DNA of 64,000 bases. Origin: Candidatus Campbellbacteria bacterium. Its GTDB lineage: Bacteria > Patescibacteriota > Minisyncoccia > Phycocordibacterales > CSBR16-193. A program made the position numbers and the translations under genes. Under the pieces are notes generated by a model that saw only the letters and a list, made by a program, of their open reading frames with translations, was not told the origin of the DNA and made no database searches. Each line of letters starts with the position of its first letter. The first letter of the stretch is position 1. Below are positions 37,604 through 46,425 of the stretch, piece after piece. The stretch spans positions 7,595-71,594 of the forward strand of contig SKHG01000036.1 of the NCBI GenBank assembly GCA_007117035.1, in the 5' to 3' direction.

Positions 37604-40600
37604 ATGCGTCAATACGATCATAAAAGAGTTGAGAAAAAATGGCAAAAAAGCTGGCAGAAAAGTAATCTATACAAGACTAAGGAAAGTAAAAAGAAAAAGT
37701 TTTACTGCTTAGATATGTTCCCTTATCCTTCAGGTGAAGGTCTGCACGTAGGTCACCCTAAAGGATATATTGCTACTGATATTATTTCTAGATACAAACG
37801 TATGACCGGTCATGATGTCTTACACCCAATGGGATGGGATGCATTCGGTCTACCAGCTGAAAATTATGCAATTAAGAACAAGATACATCCTGAAATGGCT
37901 GTAAAAAATAACGTAAAAAGATTTAAAAATCAGGTCTCAATTTTAGGTTTTGACTACGATTGGTCTCGCGAGATAAACACAACAGACCCAGAGTATTACA
38001 AATGGACTCAGTGGACATTTTTGCAGATGTACAAAAAAGGTTTAGCTTACGAATCAAATGAGCCTATTAATTGGTGTCCAAGTTGTAAAACTGGTTTAGC
38101 TAACGAGGATCTGGAGGATGGTAAATGTGAGAGGTGTAACTCTGAGATAGAACAACGTCCTATTCGTCAGTGGGTTCTTTCAATTACTAAGTATGCAGAC
38201 CGGTTGCTGAAAGACCTTAGTGGTCTTGATTGGCCAGAACATATTAAAGAACTACAAAGAAACTGGATTGGTCGATCTGAGGGATCTTTTATAAACTTTC
38301 AAGTAGGGGAAAAACTTCATTTTATCTTATTACATGGATACAAAGGTTCACCTCAAAAGAATTTTTTCCCGTGGTTAAAACTAGAGTTGGAAAAACAAGG
38401 TCACACTGTCGAAGTCCCTAAATTACCTAAAGCTGATAACCCCGATGTTTTAAAACAGGCTGAGTTTGTTTTGGATAATTGTAGATTAAACAAAGACACA
38501 GTTATTTTAGGACACAGTCATGGTGGATCAGTAGCTATGAAGGTTGTTGAGTCATTGAAAACTCCAATCAAGAGGCTTGTCCTGGCGGCTTCGTTTTTGG
38601 AGCCGAAAAGAAAGTATCAGACTGATTTTAATTGGCAGTATAATTTTGAAAAAATTAAAAAAAATTCTCAAAGAGTTACTGTTTTAAAAAGTCTTAAAGA
38701 CAGTGTTGTTCCTCCATCTGAGTCTGATAAAATTTCGGAAGTAACAAGTGGTGATTTGGTTATTATTAATCCTGAAGAAAACCATATTTGTGGTAAGGTG
38801 GAACCTAAAATTTTTAACGAACTTTCAACGGAGATTAAGATTTTTACAACACGTCCTGACACGATATTTGGTGCCACATACCTTGTTTTATCACCAGAAC
38901 ATTCTATGTTGAAAAGTTTGTGGGATAGAATAAAAAATAAAAAAGAAGTTCAGGTATATATAGACCAAGCTAGAAAAAAAACAGAGCTACAACGCACAAC
39001 CGAGGCAAAAGAAAAAACTGGTGTAGAATTAAAGGGAATCTTTGCTGTAAATCCAGCTACTAAGAAGCAAATACCTGTTTGGATTGCCGATTATGTTCTG
39101 ATTGGATATGGAACAGGAGCTATTATGGCTGTTCCAGCTCACGACGAACGTGATTTTGAGTTTGCTAATAAATTTAAATTACCTGTAAAAAAAGTGATTG
39201 AACCAAAGTTTACTGCTCTCTCAGGTGATGATGCAGTCCGTAAGGGTTTAGACTTTATTAAAAGAGAAGCTGTGTGTGCTGTTGTAAGAGATCCTAAAAC
39301 TGATAAATATTTATGTATCAGCTGGAAGGGAATTAATATGAATGGTTTGGTAACTGGTGGACTTGATGATGGAGAAGATTTGGTGGATGCTGGCCGTCGT
39401 GAAGTCTTTGAGGAAACTGGATATAAAAACTTAAAATTAATTAATGATCCTGATATTGCAATCCATAGTCTCTTTTATCATCGAGTTAAAAAAGTTAACA
39501 GGTGGGCCAGATTTCGTTATGTATTTTTTGAATTAGAAGATTACAGTAGAGAAGATGTGGACGATGTTGAAGCTTCATTACATGAAGTTGTTTGGAAGAG
39601 TAAGGAAGAAATGTCTAACTTTTTTTCGGTTGTTGAGGGTAGGTTTCTATTGAAGATTCTGGAGAATTCAGAAAATATTTATTTAAACGACGGTGTTTTA
39701 ATAAATTCTGGAGAGTTTACAAACCTAGACTCAGAAACAGCTCGAAAGATAATAGTTGAGAAGATTAAGGGGGAATTTACTGTTACTTATAGGCTGAAAG
39801 ATTGGGTGTTTTCTAGACAGAGATATTGGGGTGAACCAATACCATTGGTCCATTGTGAAAAATGTGGCGTTGTTCCTGTACCAGAGAATGATCTACCTGT
39901 TAAGTTGCCAAAGGTTAAAGACTATGAGCCTACCGGTACAGGTGAGTCACCTCTAGCTAATATCTCTTCTTGGGTAAATACAAACTGTCCAAAATGTAAC
40001 GGACAGGCACGTCGTGAGACTAATACTATGCCACAGTGGGCTGGTTCGTCTTGGTATTATTTGCGATACATTGATCCTGAAAACAAAAAAAGTTTAGTGT
40101 CATTAAAAAAAGAAAATCGGTGGATGCCTGTAGATGTTTATGTTGGTGGAGTTGAACACGCTACTCGTCATTTAATATACGCTAGATTTTGGCATAAGTT
40201 TTTGTATGATATTAAATCTGTTAGTACACTTGAACCGTTCCAGAAACTTAAGAGTCAAGGAATGATAAGTGGTCCAGATGGTCGAAAGATGAGTAAACGT
40301 TTTGGTAATGTAATTAATCCAGACACGGTGGTCTCTAATTACGGGGCTGATTCATTGCGTCTTTATGAAATGTTTATGGGACCTTTTGAGCAAGGTGGTT
40401 CCTGGAGTGATAAAAACATTATGGGTGTTAGAAGGTTCTTGGAAAGAGTGTGGAAGATATCTGATAAGATTAGTAAAAGTGCAGTTACTGAGGAGGCTGA
40501 CGAAGTTTTACTAAACAAAACGATTAAACAGGTAACCAAATCCATAGAAGATTTTTCCTTCAATACAGTGATATCTGATTTAATGATTTTGTCCAACAGA

Positions 40601-40957
40601 TTCTGGGACAAAGAAAGTATTAAGTTAAAGGAGTATGAGTCCTTATTGATACTTTTGGCTCCATTCGCACCACATATTACAGAGGAGCTTTGGCAGATGA
40701 TTGGTAAGAAGAAAAGCATTCATGTTGCTAAATGGCCAAGCTTCAACCCAGATAAATTGAAGGATAAAAATGTTAGTATTGTGATTCAAGTTAACGGAAA
40801 AGTTCGCGCAAAAATAGTAGTCGAACAGGGTTCTCAAAAAGGAGAAATACTTGAAAAGGTTAAAAATTTACCAGAGATATTAAAATGGATTCCTACTGAA
40901 AATTTAATTAAAAAGGAAATTTTTATCCCTGATCGATTAATTAATTTTGTAATTTAG
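37604..40957 (+). CDS. leuS: leucyl-tRNA synthetase (bacterial type), 1117 aa, with two inserted hydrolase domains: alpha/beta serine hydrolase at ~38315-38840 and Nudix at ~39200-39690
   Basis: HIGH region (PYPSGEGLHVGH), zinc knuckle CPSCKT...CERC, CP1 editing TTRPDT, AHDERDFEF, VLINSGEF, RLKDWVFSRQRYWGEPIP and KMSKR all in LeuRS order; extra domains described in findings. Confidence 0.9.
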   Translation: MRQYDHKRVEKKWQKSWQKSNLYKTKESKKKKFYCLDMFPYPSGEGLHVGHPKGYIATDIISRYKRMTGHDVLHPMGWDAFGLPAENYAIKNKIHPEMAVKNNVKRFKNQVSILGFDYDWSREINTTDPEYYKWTQWTFLQMYKKGLAYESNEPINWCPSCKTGLANEDLEDGKCERCNSEIEQRPIRQWVLSITKYADRLLKDLSGLDWPEHIKELQRNWIGRSEGSFINFQVGEKLHFILLHGYKGSPQKNFFPWLKLELEKQGHTVEVPKLPKADNPDVLKQAEFVLDNCRLNKDTVILGHSHGGSVAMKVVESLKTPIKRLVLAASFLEPKRKYQTDFNWQYNFEKIKKNSQRVTVLKSLKDSVVPPSESDKISEVTSGDLVIINPEENHICGKVEPKIFNELSTEIKIFTTRPDTIFGATYLVLSPEHSMLKSLWDRIKNKKEVQVYIDQARKKTELQRTTEAKEKTGVELKGIFAVNPATKKQIPVWIADYVLIGYGTGAIMAVPAHDERDFEFANKFKLPVKKVIEPKFTALSGDDAVRKGLDFIKREAVCAVVRDPKTDKYLCISWKGINMNGLVTGGLDDGEDLVDAGRREVFEETGYKNLKLINDPDIAIHSLFYHRVKKVNRWARFRYVFFELEDYSREDVDDVEASLHEVVWKSKEEMSNFFSVVEGRFLLKILENSENIYLNDGVLINSGEFTNLDSETARKIIVEKIKGEFTVTYRLKDWVFSRQRYWGEPIPLVHCEKCGVVPVPENDLPVKLPKVKDYEPTGTGESPLANISSWVNTNCPKCNGQARRETNTMPQWAGSSWYYLRYIDPENKKSLVSLKKENRWMPVDVYVGGVEHATRHLIYARFWHKFLYDIKSVSTLEPFQKLKSQGMISGPDGRKMSKRFGNVINPDTVVSNYGADSLRLYEMFMGPFEQGGSWSDKNIMGVRRFLERVWKISDKISKSAVTEEADEVLLNKTIKQVTKSIEDFSFNTVISDLMILSNRFWDKESIKLKEYESLLILLAPFAPHITEELWQMIGKKKSIHVAKWPSFNPDKLKDKNVSIVIQVNGKVRAKIVVEQGSQKGEILEKVKNLPEILKWIPTENLIKKEIFIPDRLINFVI

Positions 40958-41038
40958 GGTTTTTTACAAATTAGTTTTGACTAATTATGATAATAGTGCT
41001 ATAACTACTGTATAGAAAAAATTGAAAAAGGAATAACT

Positions 41039-42121
41039 ATGCCAACAAAAAATAAAACAAAAAGTCAGGTAAAGGTGAGTGGTCAGCAGATGGCTATTAT
41101 TGCCTTTAAACCAAAAAAAGTTACCAAAGATTTGCTTTCTGTTCTTTCAGACAAAGCAAGGGATATTATAATTGCACGTTACGGTTTAGGTACTACTGTT
41201 AAAAAAGAGACTCTAGAATTAATTGGTAAAAAATACGGAATTACAAGAGAGAGGGTTCGTCAAATCGAAAACCACTCCCTAGAGTATATTCGTCGTTCTG
41301 AAGTGACTCTTAAAAATAGTAATATATTTGATGAGATTAAAGATGTTATTAAGAAACTTGGAGGAATGGTATCTGAAAAGGATCTTTTGAATAGTATCTC
41401 TAATAAATCTGATATTCAAAACCATATTCATTTTCTCTTAGTTATTGGTGATTACTTTATAAAAAGACGGGAAGACCAAGATTTTCACCATAGATGGCAT
41501 ATAGATGAAGATCTTTCTGGCCAGATTCATATTTCACTACAAAATTTATACCAAAGTCTGTCTGATGATGACTTAATCTCAGAACCTGATATGATTAAGT
41601 TGTTTTTAGAGGATCTAAAAGGTGTCTCAGAAGAATATCGTCAAGATGAAATTGTTCGTAGATGGCTTTCTTTGTCAAAAAAACTTGGAAAGAATCCTTT
41701 GGGTGAATGGGGAAAATCACAGTCGCCAAATGTTAAGGCAAAAGGTATTCGTGACTATGCTTTCTTGATAATGAGAAAACACGGAACACCAATTCATTTT
41801 AGAGATATTGCTAAATCAATCGAAAAAGTTTTTAACAAAAAAGCTCACGTTGCTACTACACACAATGAGTTGATTAAGGACCCAAGGTTTATTTTGGTGG
41901 GCCGAGGTCTTTATGCATTAAATGAATGGGGTTTTTCTGGTGGAGTGGTTAAGGATGTTATCCGTGATGTTTTATTAGAACATGGTCCACTTACAAAAAA
42001 AGAGATTATTGAAATTGTTTTGAAGAAAAGATTTGTAAAAGAAAACACTGTATTAGTTAACCTCCAAAATCCTGCTTATTTCCGTAAGGACAAGCAAGGG
42101 AAATATTCTGTGGTACAATAG
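41039..42121 (+). CDS. DNA-binding protein with N-terminal sigma-70 region-4-like HTH and C-terminal HARE-HTH-like winged helix
   Basis: ITRERVRQIE (sigma r4 recognition-helix signature); C-terminal GRGLYALNEWGF resembles the HARE-HTH of RNA polymerase delta/restriction-system proteins. Confidence 0.5.
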   Translation: MPTKNKTKSQVKVSGQQMAIIAFKPKKVTKDLLSVLSDKARDIIIARYGLGTTVKKETLELIGKKYGITRERVRQIENHSLEYIRRSEVTLKNSNIFDEIKDVIKKLGGMVSEKDLLNSISNKSDIQNHIHFLLVIGDYFIKRREDQDFHHRWHIDEDLSGQIHISLQNLYQSLSDDDLISEPDMIKLFLEDLKGVSEEYRQDEIVRRWLSLSKKLGKNPLGEWGKSQSPNVKAKGIRDYAFLIMRKHGTPIHFRDIAKSIEKVFNKKAHVATTHNELIKDPRFILVGRGLYALNEWGFSGGVVKDVIRDVLLEHGPLTKKEIIEIVLKKRFVKENTVLVNLQNPAYFRKDKQGKYSVVQ

Positions 42122-42141
42122 GAGGTGTAAGAAATTACACC

Positions 42142-43380
42142 ATGATCGAAAGTTTTTTAATTGAAAAATTTGGCGAAGGAGCTATTTTAGCTTATCAAGT
42201 GTTTTATATTTTATTGGCTATTTTAGTTCCTTCAATGTTACTTTTTTTTGCGTGGCGTTTTCGTCTAGCTTATTTAAAAAATGTTTTTTTTCGTAAAGAA
42301 GGTTGGACGCTTTTAGAGATACATATCCCAGAAGAAATAAAGAAGACTCCTCAGGCTATGGAAATGGTTTTGGAGTCTATGAATGTTGGTAGTGGAGAAA
42401 GTAACTTTATTATGCGTCTGTGGCACGGTATGACACGTCCTTGGTTTTCTCTAGAAATAGTTTCGTTTGAAGGACGAATAAGTTTTTTTATATGGACTCG
42501 AAAGCGTTGGAAAGCAGGTGTTGTTGCGGCAATCTATTCACAGTACCCCACAGTTGAGATTAACGAAGTTGATGACTACACCAAACAACTACCGACTGAT
42601 TTAGAAAAATATATCGTCTGGGGTTCAGAGATGGATCTTAAAAAGCCAGATCCTTATCCAATAAAGACATACAAGTATTATGAAATGGATAAAGATCAAG
42701 ATGAAGACCTGCAACCAAAGACAGACCCGTTGAGTTCTTTTATAGAAGCGCTTGGAAGCATTGGTCCGGGTGAGTATTTCTGTTTTCAGATTATAATAAG
42801 GAAACATAAAAAAGAAAAAAAGGTACAAGGTAGTTTGTTTAAAAAACAGAGCTGGCGTGAGGAAGGAAAAGAGATTGTTAAAAAATTAAAGACTGGTGAT
42901 CAGGTTAAGTCTGTTGGTGAGGATAATCAACCGATTATTATGCTTTCTAATATGGAACGAAGTTTTATTGAATCAATGGAAAGAAACCTCAGTAAACACG
43001 CTTTTGATTGTGGAATGAGAATTTTGTACATTACTGAAAAAAATTCCTTTGATGTGACTAGGCTTTCTACCATTCCTGGAGCATTAGGGCAGTTTGGAGA
43101 TGAAATACATAATTCTTTTGATAAAGCTCGAGGGCATGATCCTATGAACTGGTTTTGGCAGGATGTTGATAGAATACGAGGAGCAAGAATATCTAAAAGA
43201 ATATTTGATGCCTATAGATTTCGTGCATATTTTCATATGCCATACATATCTCCGCACTTTACGTTAAGCGCTGAAGAAGTGGCGTCTGTATTTCATTTTC
43301 CTGGAAAAGTGGTCACAACTCCAACTTTTGAGAGAATACGATCTAAAAAAGCTGAGGCTCCTGTAAACATTCCTCAGTAG
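42142..43380 (+). CDS. hypothetical membrane-anchored protein (412 aa)
   Basis: GGAGG RBS 8 nt upstream; N-terminal TM; likely co-transcribed with 41039..42121 (20-nt gap). Confidence 0.5.
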   Translation: MIESFLIEKFGEGAILAYQVFYILLAILVPSMLLFFAWRFRLAYLKNVFFRKEGWTLLEIHIPEEIKKTPQAMEMVLESMNVGSGESNFIMRLWHGMTRPWFSLEIVSFEGRISFFIWTRKRWKAGVVAAIYSQYPTVEINEVDDYTKQLPTDLEKYIVWGSEMDLKKPDPYPIKTYKYYEMDKDQDEDLQPKTDPLSSFIEALGSIGPGEYFCFQIIIRKHKKEKKVQGSLFKKQSWREEGKEIVKKLKTGDQVKSVGEDNQPIIMLSNMERSFIESMERNLSKHAFDCGMRILYITEKNSFDVTRLSTIPGALGQFGDEIHNSFDKARGHDPMNWFWQDVDRIRGARISKRIFDAYRFRAYFHMPYISPHFTLSAEEVASVFHFPGKVVTTPTFERIRSKKAEAPVNIPQ

Positions 43381-43384
43381 GTAA

Positions 43385-44362
43385 TTGTTCAGTATGTATA
43401 AATTAAAAGAGAAGATTAAATTAATTTTAACCGTTGTTATAGTATTTGTTACGCTTACTGTATTAGGAACAGTTATTTTTTTAATTTTTTCTTTACCACC
43501 AAAAGATTTTCCTTCAGACACTCTGATTACGATTGAAAAAGGTGACACATTGTCTGATATTTCAGAGAAACTTCATAATGAAGGTTATATTAAATCACAG
43601 TTAATTTTTAGGAACCTTGTGATTTTGATGAAAGGTGAGCGTTCAATCAATGCTGGTGACTATTATTTTTCAGGACCTGAATCTGTATTCTCAGTATCAT
43701 TTCGTTTTAGTTCTGCTCGTCATGGTTTAGACCCTGTAAGAGTTATAATTTTTGAGGGTTGGAACATTTTTCGGATTGCTGAGGAACTCGACAGAAATTT
43801 TGATAATATAAAATTTGACGAAGTAATAGAATTTGGTAGAGAAGGATATCTTTTTCCTGACACATATTTTATAACGCCAAACATTGATTCATTAAGAATG
43901 GTTGAGTTAATGGAAAGAAACTTCCAAAATAGAATTGAACCGCTACTGGACGAAATCGAAAACTCACCTCGTACTCTTGAAGAAATTTTGATTATGGCTT
44001 CAATTTTGGAGACTGAAGCAAACACAGTTGAGTCAAAGAGAAAGATAGCAGATATTTTGTGGAAGAGATTTGATATTGGTATGCCACTACAAGTTGATGC
44101 ATCATTTTCATACGTTAATAATAAAAATACTTATCAACTAACACTAGATGATCTAAAAATTGAACACCCGTACAACACTTATCGTAATGTTGGTTTGCCA
44201 CCGACCCCGATTTCAAATCCTGGACTGGATTCTATAAAAGCTGCAATCGACCCAATAGAGAATGATTATTGGTACTTCCTTTCAGATCTTTCGGGTAATA
44301 TGTACTACGCTCGAGATTTTGATGAACATCAATACAACAGAGTTAACTTTCTAAGGCAATAG
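43385..44362 (+). CDS. mltG: endolytic murein transglycosylase MltG (YceG-like)
   Basis: N-terminal TM, LysM-like segment, conserved YceG catalytic region. Confidence 0.7.
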   Translation: MFSMYKLKEKIKLILTVVIVFVTLTVLGTVIFLIFSLPPKDFPSDTLITIEKGDTLSDISEKLHNEGYIKSQLIFRNLVILMKGERSINAGDYYFSGPESVFSVSFRFSSARHGLDPVRVIIFEGWNIFRIAEELDRNFDNIKFDEVIEFGREGYLFPDTYFITPNIDSLRMVELMERNFQNRIEPLLDEIENSPRTLEEILIMASILETEANTVESKRKIADILWKRFDIGMPLQVDASFSYVNNKNTYQLTLDDLKIEHPYNTYRNVGLPPTPISNPGLDSIKAAIDPIENDYWYFLSDLSGNMYYARDFDEHQYNRVNFLRQ

Positions 44363-44381
44363 ATTTTTTTGATAGGTTTTT

Positions 44382-45467
44382 ATGGTGGATACAGATAAAA
44401 AAAAGGTTTGGGTTGCAATGTCTGGTGGTGTTGATTCTTCAGTTACAGCATGGTTGTTGCAAAAAAAAGGTTATGATGTAACCGGTGCTTTTATTGAAAC
44501 ATGGCAACCTGATTTTATTGAATGTACAGCTAGGGACGACCGAAGAGATGCGATGAGAGTTGCGAGTGAACTTGGAATTGAACTAAAAGTTGTTGATTGT
44601 CGTCAGGAGTACAAAAAAAATGTAGTAGATTATATGGTAGAAGAGTATCGTCGAGGGAGAGTACCTAATCCAGATGTGATGTGTAATAGCTATGTTAAAT
44701 TCGGCGCTTTTTTTGAAAGAGCTATGTATGAAGGAGCTGGTATGGTTGCAACTGGGCACTATGTTCAGAATAATGAGAATGAAAAAAAAGAGTTTTTTTT
44801 AAGTAGGGGAGTTGATCGTGAAAAAGACCAAAGTTATTTTCTTTGGAACATACCCTCAAAAATTTTACCGAGTTTGCTTTTTCCGGTTGGTGGATTTAAT
44901 AAAAATGAAATACGTCAAATAGCTAAAGAGGCAGGTCTTTCAAATGCTGGAAAAAAAGATAGTCAGGGAATATGTTTTTTGGGTAAGACTGATTTAAAAA
45001 AGTTTCTTTCACACTATATTAAACCTAAGACCGGAGATGTTTTAGATGAGTCTGGTGAGTTAATTGGTAAACACCAAGGTGTCTGGTTTTATACCATAGG
45101 TGAGCGTAGAGGTTTTGAGGTATCAAAAAAAACTCCTTCTAGTGGACCCTTCTATATCTTAGATAAGGATTTAGAAAATAACACCTTGACTGTAACAGAA
45201 AATAAAAAAAATCTTTCTTTGTCTCAAAAGGTGTCAGCTAGTAACTGTAATTGGTTTCTGCCTATAGAAGAAGGTTGTGAGTATGATTTACAAGTTAGAT
45301 ATCGAGAAAGAACTTATCGAGCAGTTCTTGCAGAAAAAAATACAGAAAATTTTATTTTTGAATTCACTACAGAAAGACCGCAATTAGTTCCTGGGCAGTC
45401 ACTCGTTGTTTATGATCGAGAGGTTTGTGTTGGAGGAGGTGTTATAGATAATAAGTTACCTTTGTAG
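44382..45467 (+). CDS. mnmA: tRNA-specific 2-thiouridylase MnmA
   Basis: PP-loop VAMSGGVDSSV; catalytic cysteines; C-terminal beta-barrel. Confidence 0.85.
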   Translation: MVDTDKKKVWVAMSGGVDSSVTAWLLQKKGYDVTGAFIETWQPDFIECTARDDRRDAMRVASELGIELKVVDCRQEYKKNVVDYMVEEYRRGRVPNPDVMCNSYVKFGAFFERAMYEGAGMVATGHYVQNNENEKKEFFLSRGVDREKDQSYFLWNIPSKILPSLLFPVGGFNKNEIRQIAKEAGLSNAGKKDSQGICFLGKTDLKKFLSHYIKPKTGDVLDESGELIGKHQGVWFYTIGERRGFEVSKKTPSSGPFYILDKDLENNTLTVTENKKNLSLSQKVSASNCNWFLPIEEGCEYDLQVRYRERTYRAVLAEKNTENFIFEFTTERPQLVPGQSLVVYDREVCVGGGVIDNKLPL

Positions 45468-45510
45468 TGAATTTTTTTATGATAGAATATACTGGTTAAA
45501 ATAAAAAATT

Positions 45511-46359
45511 ATGAATAAATTTAGTAATATAGATGTAATAAAGGCAAGTGGTCTAGTTGAGGAATTTAAAATTGAAAAACTTGAGAATTCTTTAAGAAAC
45601 TCAGGTGCATCAGAGAGTGACATATCTGAGGTTGTTGAGGATATTGAAGGGATTTTACGACCAAGGATCAGTACTCGTGAAATTTATCGTGAAGCGTATA
45701 GGTTTTTAAGAGAAAGACATAAAAATACTGCGTATAACTACTCCTTGCGTGGAGCAGTTATTGATCTCGGGCCAACAGGTTATCCCTTCGAGGATTTAGT
45801 TGCTGGTGTTTTAAGGACTATTGGGTACAAGACTGAGGTTCGTTTAATGATGTCTGGAAAATGCATATCACATGAGGTTGATGTCTACGCATATAAGGAA
45901 AATTCACCAGAAGCATTTATTGTTGAAGCAAAGTTTCATAATGATCAAGGTACTAGAAGCGGTCTACAAGACAGTTTATCGGCTAAAGCTCGTTTTGATG
46001 ATGTGTCTGGTGGAGACCATCATAATTTTTCAGGATATTTACCAAAACAAATGTGGTTGGTAACTAACACTAAGTTTAGTCACACAGCACTTGAGTATGG
46101 AAAATGTGCTGGATTAAAAATGATTGGCTGGAACTATCCTAAAGTTGGAAATCTGCAAAATCTTATAGAAGAAAATAAACTACATCCGATTACTGCACTT
46201 AATACATTAAGTAATTCTCAAAAACAAAATATTCTCAAAAAAGGTGTGGTGTTCTGTCGCGACCTTAAGAAAAACTTTGGTCTTTTTGAGGAGTATGGAA
46301 TTCATAAAACAAAACAGAAAGATGTTTATGAGGAGTTAGAAAAAATAACTGGAATTTAG
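45511..46359 (+). CDS. ATP-cone domain fused to Mrr-like (PD-(D/E)xK) restriction endonuclease domain
   Basis: N-terminal ~90 aa with NrdR-like ATP-cone pattern; HEVDVYAY...IVEAKF gives a D...ExK catalytic core. Confidence 0.55.
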   Translation: MNKFSNIDVIKASGLVEEFKIEKLENSLRNSGASESDISEVVEDIEGILRPRISTREIYREAYRFLRERHKNTAYNYSLRGAVIDLGPTGYPFEDLVAGVLRTIGYKTEVRLMMSGKCISHEVDVYAYKENSPEAFIVEAKFHNDQGTRSGLQDSLSAKARFDDVSGGDHHNFSGYLPKQMWLVTNTKFSHTALEYGKCAGLKMIGWNYPKVGNLQNLIEENKLHPITALNTLSNSQKQNILKKGVVFCRDLKKNFGLFEEYGIHKTKQKDVYEELEKITGI

Positions 46360-46425
46360 GTTTGTTTTTTTTGTAAATTAAAGTAGAATGAAAAAAAGTG
46401 TTTATAAGTTTATTTTAAGATTAAT

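Noticed and set aside
37604-40957. Possibility that the oversize leuS is a frameshifted fusion of separate hydrolase genes
   Set aside because: The reading frame is continuous with no stops. Each insert is bounded on both sides by LeuRS segments in the canonical order, which is not how gene fusions by read-through would look.
45872-46063. 63-aa internal ORF inside the ATP-cone/Mrr gene
   Set aside because: Alternative-frame ORF within a longer ORF with domain support.
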